A stretch of DNA of 32,135 nt from Candidatus Woesearchaeota archaeon (lineage in GTDB: Archaea; Nanobdellota; Nanobdellia; Woesearchaeales; 21-14-0-10-32-9). Below are positions 15,890-23,790 of the stretch, one piece after another. The notes under the pieces are model-generated. The model had not been told where the DNA came from. It made no database searches and saw only the letters and a program-made list of their open reading frames with translations. A program made the translations under genes and the position numbers. The stretch covers positions 1-32,135 of the forward strand of contig PWLK01000081.1 in assembly GCA_003560545.1 (NCBI GenBank), read 5' to 3'. The first letter of the stretch is position 1; each line of letters begins with the position of its first letter.

Positions 15890-15998
15890 ACCTGAGAAAG
15901 CAGATATTACAATTGTTAAAACAATTATTATACCTCCCGCCCACGAAAAATATTTTTCTATCTTGCCTCACCCAAAAAACCGGTAAAAAAAAGTTTTT

Positions 15999-16577
15999 TT
16001 ATTCATCCCTTCTTATTACCTTAACAGCATCCATTTTAAGAGTTATAGGGATTGGCACTGCTGCTTCTAAGAGCTCAACCACAACTTCTTCCTTGGCCTT
16101 ATCAACCCTTGTAATCTTACACTTTTCTCTCTTGAAAGGACCGCTGATTATTTCTGCAATATCGTTCTTCCTAATATTCACGTCTTTCTTGGCCTGTTCC
16201 AGCATGTGCTCTATTTCCTTGTAAGAAACTTCCTTAGGAAGCAAGCCCCTGGAGTAAGGAACGCCGTAAGATGCTTGTTCTGCGTCAGCCTTAGTATCTG
16301 CTTCTAAGAATATGTACCCTCTCATACCATGAGGCCTTATAACGGAGTAAACATTAACTTTTTTCCTTGTGACATTGCTGGACACGAAGCTCATAACCTG
16401 GTCTTCCCTGTTCGCAGTAACCCTTAACGCGAAAATGCTTGTACTAATATCTGGCTTTCCCGCCTCGTCTTCTTCTTTCTTTGTCTCTTCTTCAGCGGCT
16501 TCCTCGTCCATCTCCTTTATTTTCTGAAGCTCTTCTTCTCCTGGCTTGTTCTTTTTAAGTATGTCTTCATCAACCAT
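15999..16577 (-). CDS. spt5: Transcription elongation factor Spt5 (archaeal NusG) with an acidic N-terminal extension
   Basis: NGN domain IFALRVTANREDQV...GYIFLEA. KOW domain IAEIISGPFKREKCKITRVD. Synteny secE-spt5-L11. Confidence 0.85.
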   Translation of the reverse strand: MVDEDILKKNKPGEEELQKIKEMDEEAAEEETKKEEDEAGKPDISTSIFALRVTANREDQVMSFVSSNVTRKKVNVYSVIRPHGMRGYIFLEADTKADAEQASYGVPYSRGLLPKEVSYKEIEHMLEQAKKDVNIRKNDIAEIISGPFKREKCKITRVDKAKEEVVVELLEAAVPIPITLKMDAVKVIRRDE

Positions 16578-16600
16578 TTTTATCCACGTCTAATAAAACA

Positions 16601-16837
16601 TTATTTTTTGAGGAATAGGAAAAACACGATTAAGGCCACAACGACCACTGCAACTATCCATATGCTTGCAAGCTCGTTAACCATGTGCAGCAAAAACCCT
16701 ATAAGGCCTATGAATGCTATGCCTATAGCGGAGACCTTTACAATGGTCTTGTACTCTTCCTTCGTAGGCTTTTTCGTAACCCTCAGAACCCTCCTGGATT
16801 CTGTGACGAAATTCCTGAGCCTTTCTCCGTACCCCAT
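16601..16837 (-). CDS. secE: Preprotein translocase subunit SecE (Sec61 gamma)
   Basis: FVTESRRVLRVTKKPTKEEY...VSAIGIAFIGLIGFLLHMV. Lies between ftsZ and spt5. It carries an extra C-terminal hydrophobic helix (IWIVAVVVVALIVFFLFL). Confidence 0.75.
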   Translation of the reverse strand: MGYGERLRNFVTESRRVLRVTKKPTKEEYKTIVKVSAIGIAFIGLIGFLLHMVNELASIWIVAVVVVALIVFFLFLKK

Positions 16838-16849
16838 TCTTAAAACCTT

Positions 16850-17950
16850 TTAATCTACAAATGTAATTCCTAACTCGGATTCTGCTTCTTTCTTCTTATC
16901 CTTGTTATCCTTAGAGAAGCTTCCTCCTATGATCTGGCTTGATTTTACGCCTGTAACAACGATCATTACCTTTATGGAGCCTTCTAAGTCATCCGAGATT
17001 TGCGCTCCCCATATCATCCTTGCGTCTTCATCAAGCTTTTCAGATATTTTCTCTACTACTTTCCTGGCTTCCTCCAAAGTCATATCGTTGCCGCCGGCAA
17101 CGTTTATCAATGCGCCGTTCGCACCTGTAATGTCAACATCTAGTAAAGGGTTGTTTATAGATTTCTCAACTGCTTCTACTGAGCGGTTATCCGAATCAGA
17201 TTCTCCTACCCCGATTAAGGCTACGCCTCCGTCACCCATAACAGTCCTTATATCCGCGAAGTCAAGATTGACCAGGCCTGCCTTGGTAACGAGTTCCGCG
17301 ACGCCCTTTACCGCGTTAGTAAGAATTTCATCTGCGATCTTAAAAGCTGTGTGCAACGGCAAATCCGGGGCGAGCTCTAATAACTTGTCGTTCGGTATGA
17401 CTATGAGCGTGTCAACGTTTTTCTTCAAAGAATCAAGGCCCATTATCGCGTTTTCATACCTGCGCTGGCCTTCCATTCTGAAAGGAATCGTTACTATGCC
17501 CACTGTTAGTGCTCCTGTGCGCTTAGCCATCTCCGCCACAATGGGAGCTGACCCTGTACCTGTGCCTCCGCCTAACCCGCAGGTTATGAAAACCATGTCT
17601 GCTCCTGCGATGGCTTGCTTGATATCATGCTCTGATTCCCTTGCGGCTTCTTCTCCGAGCTTAGGAATGCCTCCTGCTCCGAGGCCTTTCGTGGAATCCC
17701 TCCCGATAAGTATTTTCTTGTCAGCAGACGTGTAAAGAAGGTCTTGTGCGTCCGTGTTTATGCCCACGGTCTCCGCTCCGACAATCCCGATTTCGGTTAT
17801 CCTGTTAATCGTGTTGTTTCCGCCTCCTCCGCAGCCGAAGACTTTTATCTTTGCTTTCTGCTTGCTTAAAAGTTCCTCGAGCTCTGCGTCGAGCACGTTA
17901 TCCTTGCTTTGCACATCAGCTCCTTTTACTTCCTTGATATTATAAGCCAT
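16850..17950 (-). CDS. ftsZ: Cell division GTPase FtsZ
   Basis: [12 protein letters not shown], tubulin signature [27 protein letters not shown] Shine-Dalgarno and an upstream TATA. Confidence 0.95.
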   Translation of the reverse strand: MAYNIKEVKGADVQSKDNVLDAELEELLSKQKAKIKVFGCGGGGNNTINRITEIGIVGAETVGINTDAQDLLYTSADKKILIGRDSTKGLGAGGIPKLGEEAARESEHDIKQAIAGADMVFITCGLGGGTGTGSAPIVAEMAKRTGALTVGIVTIPFRMEGQRRYENAIMGLDSLKKNVDTLIVIPNDKLLELAPDLPLHTAFKIADEILTNAVKGVAELVTKAGLVNLDFADIRTVMGDGGVALIGVGESDSDNRSVEAVEKSINNPLLDVDITGANGALINVAGGNDMTLEEARKVVEKISEKLDEDARMIWGAQISDDLEGSIKVMIVVTGVKSSQIIGGSFSKDNKDKKKEAESELGITFVD

Positions 17951-18032
17951 TTGATAAACCCTCCTGTATTGTTTTGAAAGGCGCCAGACCCTCTCCCTTG
18001 TTTCTCCTGATAAACGAGATATTTAAACTTTG

Positions 18033-18749
18033 TTATTCTCCACCTGATTTCTTGTTTTCTTTTGGCTTTTCTTCTTTTGACTTGAACTCGGCTTCTACTC
18101 CTGCCGTTCTTTTTATATCTTCTTTTAGCATGTTCGTGTATTGCTCTGGCACGTTTTGTGAGAGCGTTATCACAGCTTTTTTGTCTTCCACGCCTGCCTT
18201 TTCATAAGGAATGTTTAGAAGTTCGAGGATTGCCTTAACCTGCTCTTCCTTGTCCTCTACTTTCCTTTTAATATTTATGTTGTAAATAACTTCTTTTCCT
18301 GACAACGGGTGGTTGAAATCCACGATTACCCTGCCACCGCTTACATTCCTCACGGTTCCGATCTGGTTGTCTATATTTAGCTGAAGCCCGGGTTGTGGCT
18401 GGATGTTTTGCTTCTTAAACACAGCCATGGGTATGAGCTTTAGCTGCTTAGGGTTTTTCTTTCCGTAAGCCTCTTCAACTGATAGTTTTACCTCGTGCTT
18501 TCCAGGGCTTAAGCCTTCAAGTTTCTTGTCCAGACCTGGCAAAACGTGCTTTTCTCCTACACAGATTTTGATTGGATTGTACTCGTTTTCGTGATGGTGG
18601 TGTTCGTCTCCGTGTTCGTGGTCGTGTGTCAAGCCTGCTTTTTCAGCTTCTTCTTTTATAGTCGTATCGTAGACTTGGCCATCATCAGCTGTTCTTGCTG
18701 TGTACTCGAGCTCTACGAAGTCTCCTTTTTTTACCGTCATTTCTTTCAA
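18033..18749 (-). CDS. FKBP-type peptidyl-prolyl cis-trans isomerase (SlyD-like, with IF chaperone insert) carrying a His-rich loop
   Basis: VKKGDFVELEYT...GQVYDTT...VLPGLDKKLEGL...AYG...GGRVIVDFNHPLSGK. The start may instead be ATG 18740. Confidence 0.85.
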   Translation of the reverse strand: MKEMTVKKGDFVELEYTARTADDGQVYDTTIKEEAEKAGLTHDHEHGDEHHHHENEYNPIKICVGEKHVLPGLDKKLEGLSPGKHEVKLSVEEAYGKKNPKQLKLIPMAVFKKQNIQPQPGLQLNIDNQIGTVRNVSGGRVIVDFNHPLSGKEVIYNINIKRKVEDKEEQVKAILELLNIPYEKAGVEDKKAVITLSQNVPEQYTNMLKEDIKRTAGVEAEFKSKEEKPKENKKSGGE

Positions 18750-18970
18750 CTCTTCGTCGTTCCCCTTAAAGGCTTCCGAACTGGCCTGAAAACCTTTTTT
18801 TTGAGAACTTGCAGGGTTTTAATGCGTTGTCGGACTCGAGGGAGTTTTATAAATGTTTCGGATTAGTAGTTGGACAAGAAGATGTGTTCTTCAAAAATAG
18901 TTTTTAGAAATATTTATAAACCTGAAAATTTCGGAAGTAGTAATTGTTTTCACTTTGCAGGGGTGCAAAA

Positions 18971-19228
18971 ATGGGCTTGAGAGATTATTTAAATAAAAAA
19001 ATACAAAATTTTTACGAGTTAGGAGAAAAGGTTGAACAGCTTCAAGATGTTGCAATGTATTCTGGAGAAACTCTGCCTGCAACAGCAAAAGAATTTAACA
19101 ACATTTTTGATAAACTAGACCAAGAATATCCTAACAAGACAATTACTTGGAAAGCAATGAAAGCAATAGAGTTGGTTGAAGATAAATACATATCCGAAAT
19201 ATTGGTTAAATACGAGAAACCACAATAG
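18971..19228 (+). CDS. Hypothetical protein (85 aa), orphan
   Basis: ATG 18971 with GGGGTG upstream and aatatttataaa about 50 nt upstream. Predicted helical. No family recognised. Confidence 0.4.
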   Translation: MGLRDYLNKKIQNFYELGEKVEQLQDVAMYSGETLPATAKEFNNIFDKLDQEYPNKTITWKAMKAIELVEDKYISEILVKYEKPQ

Positions 19229-19260
19229 TTTCCGGTTTCTCCCGTTGTTTTTCCGGTTTC
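19229..19260 (+). repeat. Direct repeat TTTCCGGTTTC x2, spaced 21 nt start to start
   Basis: Copies at 19229-19239 and 19250-19260, in the intergenic region between the two orphan genes. Confidence 0.6.
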
Positions 19261-19316
19261 ATCTCAGTAAGTATTTTTAATTAGTTTTCTTCTTTTTTAT
19301 TAGGAGGTTGATAATT

Positions 19317-19748
19317 ATGAGTATAGATTCATATTTGAAATCAAGGGCAGAAGAACTAAGAGGTCTTGCGCTGTCAAAGGACGGTACAGATATGTATTTG
19401 GTTATAGATAGCCTAGCAAGAGTATACAAATCCAGAAACGAAAACAGCAAAGATAACATGGTTTTGGCGGATTCATCAAAGAATTTCTACGGCGCCATAA
19501 GATTCATCGAGGAATACTTGCTTGACAATAATAAGGATAACGACTATTTAGAGTCTCGTATCAATCTTTTAGAGGAACTTCCCGGAATCGGAAAAGGCAA
19601 TAGTTTCGGCTTCCTAATATTTTACAATTTACTATCGGGAAATATTAAGAAGAAAGATGACAAAAAAGACGAATACGCATGTGTAAACGATATTGAAAAC
19701 ATAGTAATAAATGAAGAAATAAGGAAAATGACAGGTAAACCGGCTTAA
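19317..19748 (+). CDS. Hypothetical protein (143 aa), orphan. Possible helix-hairpin-helix motif.
   Basis: AGGAGGT 8 nt upstream of ATG 19317. LLEELPGIGKGNSFGFLI resembles an HhH LPGIG motif. No family recognised. Confidence 0.45.
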   Translation: MSIDSYLKSRAEELRGLALSKDGTDMYLVIDSLARVYKSRNENSKDNMVLADSSKNFYGAIRFIEEYLLDNNKDNDYLESRINLLEELPGIGKGNSFGFLIFYNLLSGNIKKKDDKKDEYACVNDIENIVINEEIRKMTGKPA

Positions 19749-19770
19749 AATTGTTTTTAATGGTAAAATT

Positions 19771-19780
19771 ATTTATATTA
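19771..19780 (+). promoter_or_regulatory. TATA-like box for the NSUN methyltransferase gene (leaderless arrangement)
   Basis: atttatatta is centred about 25 nt upstream of ATG 19800. Confidence 0.4.
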
Positions 19781-19799
19781 TGTGCGGTTCTCCTTTGAC

Positions 19800-20762
19800 A
19801 TGGATGAAGACAACAGCCAGATAGAGTACGTTAAGAAAGAGCTCAAGCCGTTGTTCGTGGAGCACTATAAGGAATTATTAGGAGGTGAATACGAGGATTT
19901 CATAAAGGCTTCTTCTGAGTACCAAAGGAAAGCTGTGAGGATTAACACGTTGAAGAAAAGCGTTGCTGAAATAAAGAAGCGCTTAGAGGATAAATGGGTT
20001 CTCGAAGGAGTTCCGTGGTGCGCTGAGGGTTTCTGGATGAAGTACAGGGATGGGAAAAGGTTTGATATAGGTAATACGCCGGAGCACCAATTAGGCTACA
20101 TCTACGTGCAGGATGCTGCTTCAATGATACCTGTAAAGGTTCTTAACCCGTTGCCAGGAGAACTGGTCCTGGATATGTGCGCTGCCCCTGGGAGCAAGAC
20201 AAGCCAGATAGCACAGGAAATGAGGAATGAAGGATTGCTTGTTGCTAATGACGCGGACGGGAAAAGGCTTGGAGCCCTGGGGATAAACCTGCAAAGGCTC
20301 GGCGTTCATAACACAGTCATAACAAAGATGGAAGGCTTCCACGTGAAGAAACAAGGCGAAGGCTTTGACAAAATACTTGTTGACGCCCCATGCACTGGGA
20401 CGGGGACTATAATGAAAACGTATAAAGTCATCGGGATGTGGAGTTACTCGCTGATCGAAAGGATGAAAAGAATACAACTAAAGCTAGCAAGCCACGCATT
20501 CACATTACTGAAGCCCGGAGGGGTAATGGTGTACAGCACATGCACCTTAGAACCCGAGGAAAACGAAGGCGTAATAACAAAGCTCTTAGAAAGAAATCCT
20601 GGTGCTGAACTGCTAGACATAGATTTCAAAGGGAAAAAGAACAAGCCAGTACTCGAGTTTAAAGGAAACAAGTACAACCCAAATGTAAATAAATGCCTGC
20701 GGATAAACCCTCATGACAACGGCACAGAAGGCTTCTTCGTAGCCAAAATAAGGAAAAAATAA
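19800..20762 (+). CDS. NOL1/NOP2/Sun-family RNA (cytosine-C5) methyltransferase
   Basis: DMCAAPGSKTSQIA, ILVDAPCTGTGT, MVYSTCTLEPEENE. Start moved from GTG 19782 to ATG 19800 because of the TATA position. Confidence 0.85.
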   Translation: MDEDNSQIEYVKKELKPLFVEHYKELLGGEYEDFIKASSEYQRKAVRINTLKKSVAEIKKRLEDKWVLEGVPWCAEGFWMKYRDGKRFDIGNTPEHQLGYIYVQDAASMIPVKVLNPLPGELVLDMCAAPGSKTSQIAQEMRNEGLLVANDADGKRLGALGINLQRLGVHNTVITKMEGFHVKKQGEGFDKILVDAPCTGTGTIMKTYKVIGMWSYSLIERMKRIQLKLASHAFTLLKPGGVMVYSTCTLEPEENEGVITKLLERNPGAELLDIDFKGKKNKPVLEFKGNKYNPNVNKCLRINPHDNGTEGFFVAKIRKK

Positions 20763-20790
20763 AAAAACCCAAATAAATTATTAGAAGAAA

Positions 20791-21426
20791 ATGGCTTTAG
20801 AAAAAGTCTTAATAGGAATGATTTCAATAGCATACATGTACGTAACAAGCATGTTCTTCTTATCACAACTAATCATACCCAACCTAGGATTCAGGAAAAA
20901 AATAAAAGAAGAACTACCAAAGGATGCAAAGAAAAAACTCTTAGAAATAAAAAACTCTTCTAAGAATAAGAAAGAAGCCCTAAAAAAAGTTATCGACTAC
21001 CAACTAACCAATTTTTACTCGGAGATGAGACAAGTCTTCCCCAGATTCAAATTCTTATTCGAATCAAACTTCAACAAACTATGGTCAAAAAAAGGATTCC
21101 TGCACTGCCACCAACAAAACTTTGTCCTAAGAAGACTGTTAATAGGCACAGGAATGTTCACAGAGAAAGACATACACCTAAAACACACGTTCTGCTACCT
21201 AAACATACACCAATACCTAAAAATCAATATTGGCAGGAACAAAAAAGAATGGATGAACGCAGACCCCTTCGCAATAAGCCTAGGATACAACTTAGGAGAA
21301 ATACTACCCAATTTCGCATACCCAAGCATGAAAAAGCGCGGTATAAACCCGTTACGAGACCCCATAAAAAGCAAGAAAATACTCGAAAGAACCACTATAC
21401 TCTCGCTGTTTCTAAAAAATAAATAA
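20791..21426 (+). CDS. Membrane-anchored protein with a possible transglutaminase-like Cys-His-Asp core
   Basis: N-terminal TM (LIGMISIAYMYVTSMFFLSQLII). GFLHCHQQNFVLRRLLIGTG ... NIHQYLKI ... WMNADP fits the G.C....L..LL...G / H.W / W..D spacing of the transglutaminase-like fold. Confidence 0.45.
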   Translation: MALEKVLIGMISIAYMYVTSMFFLSQLIIPNLGFRKKIKEELPKDAKKKLLEIKNSSKNKKEALKKVIDYQLTNFYSEMRQVFPRFKFLFESNFNKLWSKKGFLHCHQQNFVLRRLLIGTGMFTEKDIHLKHTFCYLNIHQYLKINIGRNKKEWMNADPFAISLGYNLGEILPNFAYPSMKKRGINPLRDPIKSKKILERTTILSLFLKNK

Positions 21427-21441
21427 AACAATAGAAAGAAT

Positions 21442-21891
21442 TTACTTCCTGGCTTTTTCGATTTTGCCTCGGAGTAAGGCGTTTAGGGATTGGTCGTTTA
21501 CTTTTATGACTTGCCAGCGCACACCGGGGATGTCCCCTTTGCTTCTGCCCATGCTGCCTCCCAGGCATTCAATGACGACTTCGTCGTGTTCGTCAACCAT
21601 TTTCTGGGCTCCGTCGCCTGGAAGAAAAGCGGTTACTTGCTTACCATTCTTAACTAGTTGGACGCGGACGCATTTCCTCATAGCGCTGTTAGGCTGCTTT
21701 GCTTCACGCTGTACTTTTTCGAGGACGATTCCTGAGGCCTGGCTTGAGCCTTCAAGAGGATCTGATTTTAAGGCTAGCTTTAAGACTTTCTTAGCGTACC
21801 ACTTATCTTTCTTCCTGGAAGTGCTTCTTCTTTTCTCCAGTTTTTTCCCGGCGTTTAAGCCAGATGATTTTTTACCCATATTCTTTTTCAC
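21442..21891 (-). CDS. rps12: Ribosomal protein uS12
   Basis: [30 protein letters not shown]...[10 protein letters not shown]. Confidence 0.95.
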   Translation of the reverse strand: MKKNMGKKSSGLNAGKKLEKRRSTSRKKDKWYAKKVLKLALKSDPLEGSSQASGIVLEKVQREAKQPNSAMRKCVRVQLVKNGKQVTAFLPGDGAQKMVDEHDEVVIECLGGSMGRSKGDIPGVRWQVIKVNDQSLNALLRGKIEKARK

Positions 21892-21895
21892 CGTT

Positions 21896-22309
21896 TCATA
21901 CGACTTTGATTTCTTTTAACGCGAAGTACTTCCTCACGATTTCCTCGTAATTACGAAGGTTTTGTGCGCGGGCACCAATCATGAGGCCTTTGGTTTTCAT
22001 GTCAGGGCCTTTGATTGTGACTATGCCTTCGTCTTCGCTCATATCCAGTATTTTTAAGGGGAACATCAAGTTCCTTATAAATGTTAGCTTGTCAGGACTA
22101 AATTCGACTATTTTAATCTTTCTGTTCAGGGCTTTTTCAACTCGTTCTATATTTGACTTTTGCTTGCCCAACGCACGCCCCATCTCACCTGGCTGTACCA
22201 CGAAGACTATTTTATCCCTGTTGAAAAAGCAGTCTTTCAAGGACGCCCCAGTAATTTTTTCGAACAAGGACATCAGGTTCAGGAGTTCGGCGTCGTATTT
22301 TATCTTCAT
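21896..22309 (-). CDS. nusA: Archaeal NusA-like transcription factor (two KH domains)
   Basis: [13 protein letters not shown]...[34 protein letters not shown]. Conserved L30e-nusA-S12 order. ATG 22309 preferred over GTG 22330. Confidence 0.85.
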   Translation of the reverse strand: MKIKYDAELLNLMSLFEKITGASLKDCFFNRDKIVFVVQPGEMGRALGKQKSNIERVEKALNRKIKIVEFSPDKLTFIRNLMFPLKILDMSEDEGIVTIKGPDMKTKGLMIGARAQNLRNYEEIVRKYFALKEIKVV

Positions 22310-22330
22310 TTGCAATAAACCCAGAAACAC

Positions 22331-22588
22331 TTATTTTTTCACTCCGATAACAGATACGAGGAATGGCTTTCCACAGATAGTTCCAAGCTCTTCGTTGTTA
22401 ACCTCTAACAGGTTAACTTCTACTCCTCCGACTTTCTTGTAGTACTCTAAGTCCTTTTTTGCTTCAGGCTCAGCGTTTCTGGAAACAAAAACTTTTCCTA
22501 CCTCGCCTTTTCTCAGAAGCTTTAAAGTCCTTTCAGTTCCTATAACGATTTTGTCTGTGTTTAAGAGTTTTCTTATTTCATCAATCAC
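22331..22588 (-). CDS. rpl30e: Ribosomal protein eL30 (L30e)
   Basis: GTERTLKLLRKGE...ELGTICGKPFLVSVIGV. GTG start with AGGTGA 7 nt upstream. Confidence 0.85.
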   Translation of the reverse strand: MIDEIRKLLNTDKIVIGTERTLKLLRKGEVGKVFVSRNAEPEAKKDLEYYKKVGGVEVNLLEVNNEELGTICGKPFLVSVIGVKK

Positions 22589-22613
22589 GGTGTTTCACCT
22601 TCAAAAAATTTTT

Positions 22614-23762
22614 TTATTTTGGCTTCGTCCTCACTATCAGCCCTGGAAGGCCTGTCCCTATAGGGACTGGCTGGTTCAGCATTACGTTCTCTATAACGCT
22701 GTTCAAAGGATCGGATTCTCCTGTCAGGCCTGCGTTAATAACATGCCTTATCGGTGTTTCGAAGGAAGCCCTTGCGAGAACGGAAGGCTTTTCCTTGACA
22801 ATACCGTACCTGTTAATACCCATGATTTTCCCGGACATGCACATCGCGTCTGCAACGATCATGATATGCCTTATATCCACGTTCAATCCCTGTTCCTCTA
22901 TTACTTTCATTAACTCGTTAATAATAAGCTGCCTCGCTGCTTCTATCCCGAATTCTTTTTCTATTTCGTGGATGTTGTTAGTGTAAGTCCTTTTCCCATC
23001 TACGAAGTCCTGCTTGAGAACTTCCTTTAAGTTAGACCCCGCGGTTACAATCATGTACTCGTTGTCTTTCTTCACAGGAAGGACTTGTGTTATTCCTTTT
23101 ACGCCGTGAATGAAAACGTTCTTAAGCTTCTCCTTTAACTTATATAGCTGGATTATATCTTTGTCCTTACCTGATTGAGTCACAGTTATAGAATCATCTT
23201 TTTCAAGTTTGAAAGAAAACCCTTTAACGTTCTTCTTCAACGAATCAGTTATAGTTGAATGGCTTATTTTCAGCAATTCTATCTTGTTCTTATCCAAAAC
23301 AACTTTGAGGTTCGCCTCGGATATGTTAACAACAACTTCTTTTAAGAAATCGTTCATGGTCAGCTCTTTGAGGGATTCTGCCACTCGCTTAATATCTTTG
23401 CCTTCATTGTAAGGCTTTACCAAGAAAATATTCATCATCTCAGTGGAAATAGTCTTCCTCCCGTCAAGGACTTCTATAAGCCTTGGAAGTCCTGTTGTGA
23501 CGTTCATCTCCGCAACCCCTGCGAAGTGGAACGTGTTCAGCGTCATCTGCGTACCTGGCTCGCCAATGCTTTCCGCGCTTACAATACCCACGCATTCACC
23601 AGGCACGGCTTGTGATGAATCGTACTCATCTTCTATTGCCTGCATAATTTTCTTCAGCTTATCCTTGCTAATATTCCCGGACAAGTGCTCCTCTACTTCT
23701 TTTAGTATAGAACTTGGAAGCCTGTCCTCGTATTCCTTTAATGCTTGCTTAACATCAACCAT
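22614..23762 (-). CDS. rpoA2: DNA-directed RNA polymerase subunit A'' (Rpo1C)
   Basis: [28 protein letters not shown]...[11 protein letters not shown]...ASFETP. ATG 23762 with a GGGGT Shine-Dalgarno. Confidence 0.95.
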   Translation of the reverse strand: MVDVKQALKEYEDRLPSSILKEVEEHLSGNISKDKLKKIMQAIEDEYDSSQAVPGECVGIVSAESIGEPGTQMTLNTFHFAGVAEMNVTTGLPRLIEVLDGRKTISTEMMNIFLVKPYNEGKDIKRVAESLKELTMNDFLKEVVVNISEANLKVVLDKNKIELLKISHSTITDSLKKNVKGFSFKLEKDDSITVTQSGKDKDIIQLYKLKEKLKNVFIHGVKGITQVLPVKKDNEYMIVTAGSNLKEVLKQDFVDGKRTYTNNIHEIEKEFGIEAARQLIINELMKVIEEQGLNVDIRHIMIVADAMCMSGKIMGINRYGIVKEKPSVLARASFETPIRHVINAGLTGESDPLNSVIENVMLNQPVPIGTGLPGLIVRTKPK

Positions 23763-23790
23763 TTTTTTTCTTACCCCAAAAAACTTTTTT

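Noticed and set aside
16902-17735. 277-aa ORF antisense to ftsZ. Similar long antisense ORFs occur at 14788..15306, 10464..10901, 21464..21919, 21981..22442, 25159..25584 and elsewhere.
   Set aside because: These are shadow ORFs opposite strongly supported conserved genes. Their translations are low-complexity Ser/Leu/Pro-rich sequence with no motifs or start signals.
21081-21422. 113-aa Lys/Arg/Pro-rich ORF in an alternative frame of the 20791..21426 gene
   Set aside because: It is a product of the A-rich sequence. The overlapping frame has a TM helix and a plausible catalytic motif, whereas this one is pure low complexity.
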